Origin: an uncultured delta proteobacterium
GTDB taxonomy: Bacteria; Myxococcota_A; Polyangia; Polyangiales; B10-G4
Assembly (NCBI GenBank): GCA_963727445.1
Contig: CAVSGI010000012.1
Location: forward strand, 285,515-349,514
Length of the DNA: 64,000 bases
Direction: 5' to 3'
The translations under genes were made by a program, and so were the position numbers. Position 1 is the stretch's first letter. Each line of letters opens with the position of its first letter. Under the pieces are notes generated by a model. The model was not told where the DNA came from. It saw only the letters and a list, made by a program, of their open reading frames with translations, and did no database searches. Positions 50,016 through 58,807 of the stretch are shown in pieces.

Positions 50016-51845
50016 TCACCCATCGATGAATTCGTCGGCGCGAGCGGACAAACCCGCGGGATCGGTGATGGGAAGGCTGCACGCGTCGTGGGTGCAGAGG
50101 TACACGGAAGGCTCCCCCGGATAGGGGTACCGGCTCTGCTCCGGTCGCCCCAGCTCGACGATCCGAAGCGGGTGATAGTAGCGGAGCGCAGACAGATGGA
50201 GCGCACGCGTGCGCGGAACGTCCGGACCTACCACGGACAGGATCGCGAATCCGGTCTCCATCTCTTCGAGCGCGAGGGCGAGCTCGCCCACCTTCCGCCC
50301 GTGACCGCGGATGAAGTCCGCGTCGGCGATCGCGCGAAGCGTCGCGCTCGCCGTATCGCGAAAGTGCGGCAGCGAGGTGATGCGTGCGATTCGAAGCAGA
50401 ACCCGCGCCGCGATGGCGTTGTCGATGAGAGGCTTTTCCCGTTCGGCGAAGACGCCGACCGCGGCGGGATCGACCGTGTGAGCGAAGAAGCCGCCTCCCG
50501 AAGGGTCCGACAGCCGCCTCTCGAGGAAGTCCACGGTGCGGAGCGCTTCTTCGAGGTAGTCGTAACGTCCGGTGGCCTCGTGGAGCGCGACCAGGGCCCG
50601 GGCCATCTCGACCTGATCCCCGAGGTGGAGCAGGGGAGCGGCGCCGGCGCCATCCACCTCCGCGTGGCTGAAGCCGTCGCCCACCCGATGACCTTCGAGG
50701 ATGCGGGCGGCGGCGCGCTGGGCCTCGTCGAGGATGGTCTCGTCTCCGGTCGCCTCGTAGAGCGCCACGAAAGCGCCGATCATCATGCCGTTGAGGTTGG
50801 CGTAGATCGCCCGGTCGACCCGCGGCGCCCCGAGCGCGCGGCGCTCGGTGTCGGAGAGCGCGTAGAAGTCCTCGCCGGAGACGGCGCTCGTCGTCCCGTG
50901 CTCTCCGAAGTCGGCGTCCTGGGAGGTGTAGAAGCCGCCGGCCGGGTCCTCCAGGAACTCGCTGACGTATCCGTGCACCCGTCGCGCCTCGTCGAGCCAT
51001 CGCGCGTCGCCGGTGGCGCGGTAGGCGTCCGCGAAGTTGTGGATCGCGCCGGCCTGGATCGCCGCGATCTTCTCGTAGTGCGGATGCTCCCAATCGCCAC
51101 GCAGCGAGTACTGATAGATCCCGCCCCACACGGGATCGATGAGGGACGCGTGTCCCTCGAGAGTGGTGAGCGCGCGTTCGAGACGCTCGGGCTCTCCGGC
51201 GACGCGCGCCCGAAAGAGGGCGTGCTCGACCGGCGCGGCGTAGGGGTACTTCTGCGTTTCGCCCCAGCCGCCCGCGCCCACGTCGTAGAAACCGTCGAGC
51301 TGGTCGACGACGAGGGTGCGGAGCGCCGCCAGATCGGCGAGCGCGGGGTCGGGCGTGACCGCGGGCGCCTCACGATGGGGCAGAGGGCGGCCGGATTCGA
51401 GCTCGCTCACCAGCTCTTCGAGGAGGCGCGCGAAGCGGTGGGCCGGTTGATGCCCGCGCAGCTCGGTGATGGGCTCGGCGTCGGGGGTGAGGATGGCGGT
51501 GGCCGGCCAGGCCCAGCGGGCGTAGCGCTGCGCCAGGTCGGGCCGCGAGTCGGCGTCGACCTCGATGGTCACGAAGTGCTCCCGCAGAAGTGCGACCACC
51601 TGCGGGTCGGCGTAGGTGGTGTCGTTCATCACGTGACACCAGTGGCACCAGCTCGCCTGGACGCTGACCAGGATGAGGCGGCGCTCGCGCCGGGCGGCGG
51701 CGAAGGAGTCAGCGTCCCAGGGGCGCCACACGACGGAAGTGGGGATCTGGCCGGCGTGGGAGAGCTCGGGCGTAGGCGATCCGCACGCGATGGTGGACAG
51801 GAGCAGGAGGATGGCGGTGGTCCGGAGGTGCGCGATCACGGGCAT
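50016..51845 (-). CDS. Thioredoxin-domain protein (DUF255/YyaL/SPATA20 family) with lipoprotein signal
   Basis: WCHWCHVM, VDADSRPDL, WPAT, PHYEK and GGFYTSQDAD; N-terminal LLLLSTIAC. Confidence 0.9.
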   Translation of the reverse strand: MPVIAHLRTTAILLLLSTIACGSPTPELSHAGQIPTSVVWRPWDADSFAAARRERRLILVSVQASWCHWCHVMNDTTYADPQVVALLREHFVTIEVDADSRPDLAQRYARWAWPATAILTPDAEPITELRGHQPAHRFARLLEELVSELESGRPLPHREAPAVTPDPALADLAALRTLVVDQLDGFYDVGAGGWGETQKYPYAAPVEHALFRARVAGEPERLERALTTLEGHASLIDPVWGGIYQYSLRGDWEHPHYEKIAAIQAGAIHNFADAYRATGDARWLDEARRVHGYVSEFLEDPAGGFYTSQDADFGEHGTTSAVSGEDFYALSDTERRALGAPRVDRAIYANLNGMMIGAFVALYEATGDETILDEAQRAAARILEGHRVGDGFSHAEVDGAGAAPLLHLGDQVEMARALVALHEATGRYDYLEEALRTVDFLERRLSDPSGGGFFAHTVDPAAVGVFAEREKPLIDNAIAARVLLRIARITSLPHFRDTASATLRAIADADFIRGHGRKVGELALALEEMETGFAILSVVGPDVPRTRALHLSALRYYHPLRIVELGRPEQSRYPYPGEPSVYLCTHDACSLPITDPAGLSARADEFIDG

Positions 51846-51898
51846 CGTACGGTCTACGAGCCAGAAGGTTGCGCGGATCGAAACGAATTGCGGGTGCC

Positions 51899-52018
51899 TC
51901 AGGGGAGCCCGATGCTCTCGACCAGGACGTAGCCGAGCGAGAAGACGAGCGCACCGAAGGACACCGCCAGGGTCCCGCGGGTCGCGCTCCCCGGGCCTTC
52001 GGCGTCGGCGGGCTCCAC
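51899..52018 (-). CDS. Putative 39-aa single-TM small protein
   Basis: Hand-translated MEPADAEGPGSATRGTLAVSFGALVFSLGYVLVESIGLP; GC-ending codons and an upstream GGGAG. Confidence 0.4.
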   Translation of the reverse strand: MEPADAEGPGSATRGTLAVSFGALVFSLGYVLVESIGLP

Positions 52019-52072
52019 GCTTCGGCTTTTACTCCCTTCATCGCGCGGCCGTCAGCATGTACAAGGATCCCG

Positions 52073-53530
52073 ATGCGTTCAGGGCTCCTGCTGCTCTTGG
52101 TCACCGCCTGCGGCACTCGGGCGCCCACCGTCGACGATCCTCGGAGCTCTCCTCGAGAGGGCCCCGGTCCGGTCGAGAGCTACGCCTATTCGGTGTCGAT
52201 CGATGCCGAGCTCACGGAGCTTCAGGTCACGGTCTGCTACGACGGTCCCCACGGCGCCGGGCTGCGCTGCCCCCAGCCGACGGCCGCCGTCGCGCTCCGG
52301 AGCGCGGAGGTCCGGGTGCCAGGCCAGGCGCCGCGCCCCGTCTCCCGCCGCGATCGAATCATCCCTGTCCCGGCGGGCCTCCCGGAGGATGGCTGCATGC
52401 GGTACGTGGTGAACATCGACGACGCGATGGGCGCCTCGTGGTCGAACGGCACCCGCGTGCAAGACGCGGTTCTGATCAACCTGTCCGGATGGCTCTGGGC
52501 CCCGACGCCTCTCGCCCCCGACGCCAGCGGCTCGCTCGCGGTGGAGCTGCCCGAGGGGGTGGAGGCGGCCTTCGCATTCCCGCGCGAACGCGACGGTGGG
52601 TATCGGCTGGAGAACAGCGCCTTCCGCTATCTGTCCCACACGGTCTTCGGTCGCTTCGACCGCTTCGACGTCCCGGTGCCTGGTGGTCACCTGGACGTGG
52701 CGCGGCTTCCAGGAGAGCTCGCGGTGACCGACGAGCAACTCCAGAGCTGGCTCGCCACCGCCGGCCGGACCGCAGCGCAACTCGATGGCGAATTCCCGGT
52801 GCAGCACGCCATGGTCGCGCTGGTTCCGGTGGCGGGCGACAAGAACGTTGCCTTCGGTAACGTCGGCCGCGGCGGCGGTTCCTCGGTCATGCTCCTCACC
52901 AGCCGGGGAGCGAGCTACCGCGGCCTGCTCGACGACTGGGTCCCGCCGCACGAGTTCACCCACCTCTCCATGCCCTTCGTGCATCGCGACGATGCGTGGA
53001 TGAGCGAAGGGGTCGCCACCTATTACCAGGAGGTGCTTCGGGCGCGTGCCGGTCTGCAGACGCCGCTCGACGCGTGGCGCGCGCTCGATCACGGTTTCGC
53101 GACGGGTCGCGAGGATGGCACCGGGCGCCCGCTCGAGGTCGAGAGCGCGCAGATGTTCCGCACTCAGGCGTTTCGCCGCGTCTACTGGGCGGGGACGGCG
53201 ATCGCTCTACTGTCCGACGTCGAGATGCGAAAGGCGGGGCACTCCCTCGACGAGGCGATCGAAGGCTTGCCCGACTGCTGCATGGTGCCCATGCGCAGCT
53301 GGACCGGCCCCGAGATGGCGCGGGCCTTCGACGAGATCACCTCCACCCACGCGTCCGAGGAGGTCTCTGCCCGCTGGCTCCCGCGCTCCGAGTTCCCAGA
53401 GGTGGACGACGTGTACGCCTGGCTCGGCCTCACGCGGAACGACGAGGGGCTGCTCGAGCTGGCTGAGGACGCCCCCGGCATCGCGATCCGGGACGCGATC
53501 ATGAGCCCGAAAATCGCGGAGGGCGACTGA
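52073..53530 (+). CDS. Zinc metallopeptidase lipoprotein (M61/gluzincin-like)
   Basis: Lipobox VTAC; HEFTH followed by WMSEGVATYY; RVYWAG. Confidence 0.82.
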   Translation: MRSGLLLLLVTACGTRAPTVDDPRSSPREGPGPVESYAYSVSIDAELTELQVTVCYDGPHGAGLRCPQPTAAVALRSAEVRVPGQAPRPVSRRDRIIPVPAGLPEDGCMRYVVNIDDAMGASWSNGTRVQDAVLINLSGWLWAPTPLAPDASGSLAVELPEGVEAAFAFPRERDGGYRLENSAFRYLSHTVFGRFDRFDVPVPGGHLDVARLPGELAVTDEQLQSWLATAGRTAAQLDGEFPVQHAMVALVPVAGDKNVAFGNVGRGGGSSVMLLTSRGASYRGLLDDWVPPHEFTHLSMPFVHRDDAWMSEGVATYYQEVLRARAGLQTPLDAWRALDHGFATGREDGTGRPLEVESAQMFRTQAFRRVYWAGTAIALLSDVEMRKAGHSLDEAIEGLPDCCMVPMRSWTGPEMARAFDEITSTHASEEVSARWLPRSEFPEVDDVYAWLGLTRNDEGLLELAEDAPGIAIRDAIMSPKIAEGD

Positions 53531-53537
53531 GGTCTGC

Positions 53538-54893
53538 TCAGGCCCGGTCCACGCGCTCGAGGACGAGGGCTGGGGACGAGACGCGGCGGGAGGAGATGTC
53601 GAAAGCACCGCGGATGCGCTCGGACGCGGCGCGCGCCTGGGCCTCGTCGCGCACGTGAAGGGTCGCGAGGGGGGCCCCGGCCGCGATGCTGGTGCCGATT
53701 TTGGCTTCGAGGATCGCGCCCACCGCGGGGTCGACCTCCTGATCGGCGCGCACGCGCCCCGCGCCCAGAGACATGCAGGCGAGTCCGATCTCGCGTGCGT
53801 CGATGCCGCGCACCCACCCGCTCTTCTTCGCGCGCACCACTTTCGTCTTTGTCGTGGACGGCAGACGATCTGGCTCGCGGACCACGCGTGGGTCGCCGCC
53901 CTGTGACTTGATGATGCGCTCCATCGTATCGGCGGCGGAGCCGTCGTCGATCGCGGCCTTCATCTTCTTGCGCGCAGAAGCTTCGGTCTTGGCGAGGCCT
54001 GCCATGCGGACCATCTCCGCGCCCAGCGTCATGGTGATCTCCACCAGGTCCTCCGGTCCGCCGCCCGCGAGCACCTCGAATGCCTCGGCCGTCTCGAGGC
54101 CGTTGCCCACCGCACACCCGAGGGGCTGATCCATGGCGGTGAGGATCGCCGTCACGCGCTTCTTGGCGAGGGTGCCGACCCGCACGATGGAGCGGGCGAG
54201 GGCGCGCGCGTCCTTCTTCGTCTTCATGAAGGCGCCTTTGCCCACCTTCACGTCCAGCACCAGCCCGTCGATCCCTTCGGCGAGCTTCTTGGAGAGGATC
54301 GACGCCGTGATGAGCGGGATGCTCTCCACAGTGCCGGTCACGTCGCGAAGCGCATAGAGGCGTTTGTCAGCCGGGGCGATGTCAGCGGTCTGGCCAATCA
54401 GGGCGCAGCCGTTCTTGCCGACAAGGGAGACGAACTTCTTGGTGGTCATGTCCACGCGAAAGCCCGGGATGGCTTCGAGCTTGTCGAGCGTGCCGCCGGT
54501 GTGGCCGAGCCCGCGACCGCTCACCATCGGGACCTTGACGCCGCAGGCCGCGACGATGGGGGCGAGGCAGATCGAGACCTTGTCACCGACGCCACCGGTG
54601 GAGTGCTTGTCGATCTTCTTGCCCGGGATCTCGGAGGTGTCGACCACCTTGCCGCTGTCGCGCATCGCCAGCGTGAGCGCCGTGGTCTCCTCCGGGGTCA
54701 TGCCGGAGAAGTAGATGGCCATCGCCAGCGCGCTCATCTGATAGTCGGGGACGACGCCCTGACTGTAGGCGGCGATCATCCAGCGGATGGCGTCGTCCTC
54801 GAGCGCACCCCCGTCGCGCTTCTGCGCGATGAGCTCGGGCATGGCGTATGCCGGCTTCATCTTCTTCGTCGTGCGTCGCTTTCGAGCGGCCAT
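53538..54893 (-). CDS. pdp: Thymidine/pyrimidine-nucleoside phosphorylase
   Basis: Motifs DKHSTGGVGDK, SGRGLGHTGGTLDKLE, LYALRDVT and SKKLAEG. Confidence 0.93.
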   Translation of the reverse strand: MAARKRRTTKKMKPAYAMPELIAQKRDGGALEDDAIRWMIAAYSQGVVPDYQMSALAMAIYFSGMTPEETTALTLAMRDSGKVVDTSEIPGKKIDKHSTGGVGDKVSICLAPIVAACGVKVPMVSGRGLGHTGGTLDKLEAIPGFRVDMTTKKFVSLVGKNGCALIGQTADIAPADKRLYALRDVTGTVESIPLITASILSKKLAEGIDGLVLDVKVGKGAFMKTKKDARALARSIVRVGTLAKKRVTAILTAMDQPLGCAVGNGLETAEAFEVLAGGGPEDLVEITMTLGAEMVRMAGLAKTEASARKKMKAAIDDGSAADTMERIIKSQGGDPRVVREPDRLPSTTKTKVVRAKKSGWVRGIDAREIGLACMSLGAGRVRADQEVDPAVGAILEAKIGTSIAAGAPLATLHVRDEAQARAASERIRGAFDISSRRVSSPALVLERVDRA

Positions 54894-54918
54894 CCAATCC
54901 TCCGCGGCGGGTGACAGA

Positions 54919-57333
54919 CTACTTCTTCCTCCCGCGTCCCTTTCGCTTCGTACCGCGTCCCCCCCCTCGCTTCGCAACTTTCCGCTCTCTGCGTTGGTCC
55001 TGGGAGTCGCGCCGGCGCTCTCCGTCGCGGCGGCGCTGGCCCCGTTTGCCCTGTTTGTTCGAGCGCCGTGGGCCGTCGTCCCCGTCACGGCGGGTGCCGC
55101 GGCGGCGCCGTCCGGGGAGGTCCTCCCGGTCGGCCACGTCCTCGGGGCTCTTGCTGAGGTCGCCGGGAGGGATGGCCACGATTTCGCGGCGGTCGATGCT
55201 CACGCTCTCGATACGAAGGCGGATGGGGTCTCCGAGCGAGAAGATGGTGCCGGTGCGCTCGCCGATCATTCGGATGCCGAGGTCGTCCACCTCGTACCAG
55301 TCCGCGAGGCGCTCCACCGGCGTCAGCGCGTCGACGAAGGGGGAGTCGAAGCTCGAGTAGAATCCGTGTCCGGCGACGCCGCTGATCCTGGCGTCGAACT
55401 CCTCGCCCACCCGATCCTTCATCAGGATGGCGCGGTAGAGGTCCATCACGTCGCGTTCGAGCTTGATGGCGCGACGTTCGAGACGGCTCGATTCGATGGC
55501 CGCCCGCTTGAAGTCGGCGCGCATCACCGCCTCGTCGTACTCGTCACCGCGGATGACGAGCTTCAGTGCGCGGTGCACGCAGAGATCGGGGTAGCGACGG
55601 ATCGGCGACGTGAAGTGGCAGTAGTACTTCGCCGCGAGGGCGAAGTGTCCGATGCACTTGGTGTCGTATTGCGCCTGCTGCATCGCGCGCAGCAGCAGGT
55701 AGTGGATGGTGCTGGCGTTCTCTTTGCCCTCGATGCGGCGGACGAACTTGGCCAGCTTCTTGGGGATGACGGCGTCGTCGGGATCGAGCTTTTCGCCGAG
55801 GGCGTGCGCCATCTCGCAGACTTTGAGGAGCTTGTCCTCGTCGGGCGTTCCGTGCACGCGATACACCGCCGGGACCTTTCGGCGGTTGAGATCCTCGGCC
55901 ACCACCTCGTTCGCGAGGAGCATCATCTCCTCCACGATGGAGTAGGCCCGCTTGATCCCCGGGTCACCCTTCTGGCGGTAGACGTCGATGGGCTCTCCCG
56001 TCGATTCCTCCAGCTTGATGCGCGGTTCCGGCAGGTCGAAGTTGAGTGAGCCGCGCTTCACGCGACGCCGCTTCAGGATCTCCGCGGCGTCCCGGAGCAC
56101 CTCGAGGGTATCGATGTGCGCCTCGGCGGCCTTCTCCCGCGCCGGCAGGTCCGAGAAGCCCAGGGCTCGCGCCGCGCCGTCGTAGGTGATGCGTGCGCGC
56201 GAGCGCATCACGCCCTCGATGAACTCGTAGCTGTGCACCCCGCCGCTCGGTCCGAGCTCGACCATCACCGCCATGGTCAGGCGGTCCTTTCCGGGCACGA
56301 GGGAAGCGAGGTTGCTCGAAAGCTCCGGGGGAAGCATGGGGATGGCGCGGTCGGGCAGGTAGATGGAGCAGCCGCGTTCGAAGGCCTCGCGATCGATGGC
56401 GCTGCCCGGGCGCACGTAGTGGGCGACGTCGGCGATGGCGATCAGGATCCGAAAGCCTCCGTCCTTCGTCCGCTCACCCCACAAGGCGTCGTCGTGGTCG
56501 CGGGCGTCGGAGGGATCGATGGTGACCAGCCCATAGTCGCGCAGGTCTTCGCGCTGATTCTTGATCCGCTTGGTGACGCTCTTCGGGAAGGCCTCGGCTT
56601 CGTGTCGGACCTCGTCGGGGAACTCCTCGACCACCCCATCGCGGATCTTGAGCTTGGCCACCTCGACCTCGGTGAGGCCGGAGGCGCCGAGGGTCTTCAC
56701 GATCTCGACTTCGGGGACCTCGTCCGGGAGGCGGGGGTAGCGAACAATCTCGCCCACCACTTGAAGCCCGGGCTTGGCGTCCTCGGGGATGGCGCCCACC
56801 ACCAACATCGGTCCGCGAAGCCGCGGGTCGTCGGGATCGATCCAGGTGTTGCCGCCCGCCCGGTGCAAGACACCGCCTACGCGGCGCAGGCCGTGCTCGA
56901 GGATCTCCGTCACCGTGCCTTCTCGGCCTTTGGGGCTCCGACGCCAAGCGACGCGGACGCGGTCGTTGTGCACGGCCGCGCCGATGTAGGGGGCGGGAAC
57001 GAAGACGTCGGGGCCGCCGTCGTCGGCGGCGAGGAAAGCGAAGCCGTTGGGGTGAACCGTCAGCCTTCCGTCCACCGTCTCGCCCTTCGGGGCCGACGCG
57101 GTGCTCGCGGGCGGAGGAACGCGGATCTGGGAGGACTTCACCGCCCGGAAGCGGCGCCCGGGCATCTGCCGGGCGAGGCCGAGGGACACGAGCTCCTCGA
57201 GGAGGTCGAGGATCTGCTCGCGCTCGGCTCTGGGTACGCCGAGCGCGGAAACCACTTCGCCGTGGTGGACCGCGCGTGGCGCGCGGTCGCGGAGGACGCT
57301 CAAGACGGCGTCCTTGTCGATACGTTTAGTCAT
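54919..57333 (-). CDS. rnr: Ribonuclease R
   Basis: N-terminal HTH and cold-shock domains, TIDPSDARDHDDA, HFTSPIRRYPDL, S1 domain and a basic tail. Confidence 0.95.
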   Translation of the reverse strand: MTKRIDKDAVLSVLRDRAPRAVHHGEVVSALGVPRAEREQILDLLEELVSLGLARQMPGRRFRAVKSSQIRVPPPASTASAPKGETVDGRLTVHPNGFAFLAADDGGPDVFVPAPYIGAAVHNDRVRVAWRRSPKGREGTVTEILEHGLRRVGGVLHRAGGNTWIDPDDPRLRGPMLVVGAIPEDAKPGLQVVGEIVRYPRLPDEVPEVEIVKTLGASGLTEVEVAKLKIRDGVVEEFPDEVRHEAEAFPKSVTKRIKNQREDLRDYGLVTIDPSDARDHDDALWGERTKDGGFRILIAIADVAHYVRPGSAIDREAFERGCSIYLPDRAIPMLPPELSSNLASLVPGKDRLTMAVMVELGPSGGVHSYEFIEGVMRSRARITYDGAARALGFSDLPAREKAAEAHIDTLEVLRDAAEILKRRRVKRGSLNFDLPEPRIKLEESTGEPIDVYRQKGDPGIKRAYSIVEEMMLLANEVVAEDLNRRKVPAVYRVHGTPDEDKLLKVCEMAHALGEKLDPDDAVIPKKLAKFVRRIEGKENASTIHYLLLRAMQQAQYDTKCIGHFALAAKYYCHFTSPIRRYPDLCVHRALKLVIRGDEYDEAVMRADFKRAAIESSRLERRAIKLERDVMDLYRAILMKDRVGEEFDARISGVAGHGFYSSFDSPFVDALTPVERLADWYEVDDLGIRMIGERTGTIFSLGDPIRLRIESVSIDRREIVAIPPGDLSKSPEDVADREDLPGRRRRGTRRDGDDGPRRSNKQGKRGQRRRDGERRRDSQDQRRERKVAKRGGGRGTKRKGRGRKK

Positions 57334-57353
57334 CAGTCTTTCTAGGTAAGGAA

Positions 57354-57437
57354 GCGGCGCCCCTGAGGATAGCGAGCGGAGCGAGCCGGCGCTGAGAGAA
57401 GCGAGGCGCCGCGGGGAGTCCGAGGGGTGCCCCCTCG
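57354..57437. repeat. REP-like structured intergenic element
   Basis: GCGGCGCC...GGCGCCGC inverted repeat enclosing AGCGAGCGGAGCGAGCC, followed by a CCGAGGGG-TG-CCCCCTCGG hairpin. Single copy in this window. Confidence 0.45.
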
Positions 57438-57470
57438 GGGAGGAATTGGGGCGGGGTGGGTGGGTCGATA

Positions 57471-58772
57471 TTACCGATAGGCGTGGAGCCCGCCGTCGTC
57501 TGCGCCGACGTAGAGAGTGCCGTCCGGTCCGATGGCGGCCGTCGAGTCGACGTCCTGGCCCACGTTGATGCGGAAGAGCACCTCGCCCTCGTTCGAGAGG
57601 GCGTAGAGAAAATCGTCCTGGGCGCCTACGTAGATGCGCCCGTCCGGGTCGATGCGGGCGGAGGCGCGCACGCGGCCCGTGGTCTCGGTCTGCCAGAGGG
57701 AGGTCCCATCTGGTCGAATTGCATGAATCTTTCGGTCGTAGCTGCCGACGACGATGGTGCCGTCGGGGGCGATGGCGGGGGTCGCGCGAACGTCGCCCCC
57801 CGTTTGATACCGCCACAAGATGGATCCATTCGGATCGAGCGCAACCACTTCGCCGCCGTCGTGGCCCACGTAGATGGTTCCGTCGTCGGCGATCGAAGCG
57901 CCGCCGTCGATGTTCGCGCCGACGTGGGTCTGCCAGCGGGTCACGCCGTCGGTGCCGATGGCGACCACCTTGCCGTCGGCGGTGCCAACGATGATCAGAC
58001 CGTTCGGGTGGAGCGCCGGCGTGCTGCGCACGTGCCCTGCGGTGACCGTATGCCAGATCACTTCGCCGGCGCCATCGAGGGCGTAGAGACCGTCTGCGGC
58101 GGCGTAGACGCGCCCGTCCTGTCCGAGCAGGATGCTCGCGCTCACCTCTTCGCCGAGGGCTTCGCGCCATCGCACCTGTCCGGCGGGGGTGAGCGCGACG
58201 ACGCCGCGGTCGTCACTGCCGACGTAGATCGTTCCGTCGGGGGCCACGGTGGCCGTCGCGTAGAACTTGTCGCCGCCGGTGTAGCGCCATCGCAGCTGGC
58301 CGTCGGGCCGCACGGCGCTGAAGGTGCGGTCGAGGGAGCCGACGTAGATGGTACCGCCGGCGCCGACCACTGGCGAAGCGAAGATCCGTCCGCGGGTGTC
58401 GAAGACCCACTGCTGCTCTGGCATGGAGGCGGGTCCGCGATGGGCGGTCCGGCCCGTGCGCCGGGGACCGCCCATGAAGGTGGGCACCTCGACTTCCTGC
58501 GTCGCCTCCGTGGTCGCCGCGTCTTCGGCGGAGGCGTCCATTCCGGCGTCCAGGTCGGTGCCCGAGAGCGCGGCATCCTGCGCGGCGCGCTCCGCCGCCA
58601 GCTCCTCCTCGACCTCGCTCAGAAAGCGGCACCGCCCCTCGTGGCAGATGCGGCTCCCCTCACACTCCACGTCGGACATGCAGGGTGTCGCCGGTCGGCT
58701 CCGGGCGCCTCCGCAGGAGCTCGCGAAGAGCACGAGGAGCGCGAGCACGAAGCGGGACGATTCGGTGAACAT
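57471..58772 (-). CDS. PQQ-like beta-propeller (BamB-like) lipoprotein
   Basis: Lipobox ASSC, short Cys-rich domain and about 8 repeats of DGTIYVGS.D...A..P.G...W. Confidence 0.88.
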   Translation of the reverse strand: MFTESSRFVLALLVLFASSCGGARSRPATPCMSDVECEGSRICHEGRCRFLSEVEEELAAERAAQDAALSGTDLDAGMDASAEDAATTEATQEVEVPTFMGGPRRTGRTAHRGPASMPEQQWVFDTRGRIFASPVVGAGGTIYVGSLDRTFSAVRPDGQLRWRYTGGDKFYATATVAPDGTIYVGSDDRGVVALTPAGQVRWREALGEEVSASILLGQDGRVYAAADGLYALDGAGEVIWHTVTAGHVRSTPALHPNGLIIVGTADGKVVAIGTDGVTRWQTHVGANIDGGASIADDGTIYVGHDGGEVVALDPNGSILWRYQTGGDVRATPAIAPDGTIVVGSYDRKIHAIRPDGTSLWQTETTGRVRASARIDPDGRIYVGAQDDFLYALSNEGEVLFRINVGQDVDSTAAIGPDGTLYVGADDGGLHAYR

Positions 58773-58807
58773 CGCGCCCGCCGGAATACCAGGGGAAAAG
58801 CGGGCTT

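Noticed and set aside
57334..58170. N-terminal 278-aa extension of RNase R in the ORF track
   Set aside because: It overlaps the PQQ-propeller gene in another frame and is low-complexity; the real start is ATG 57333.
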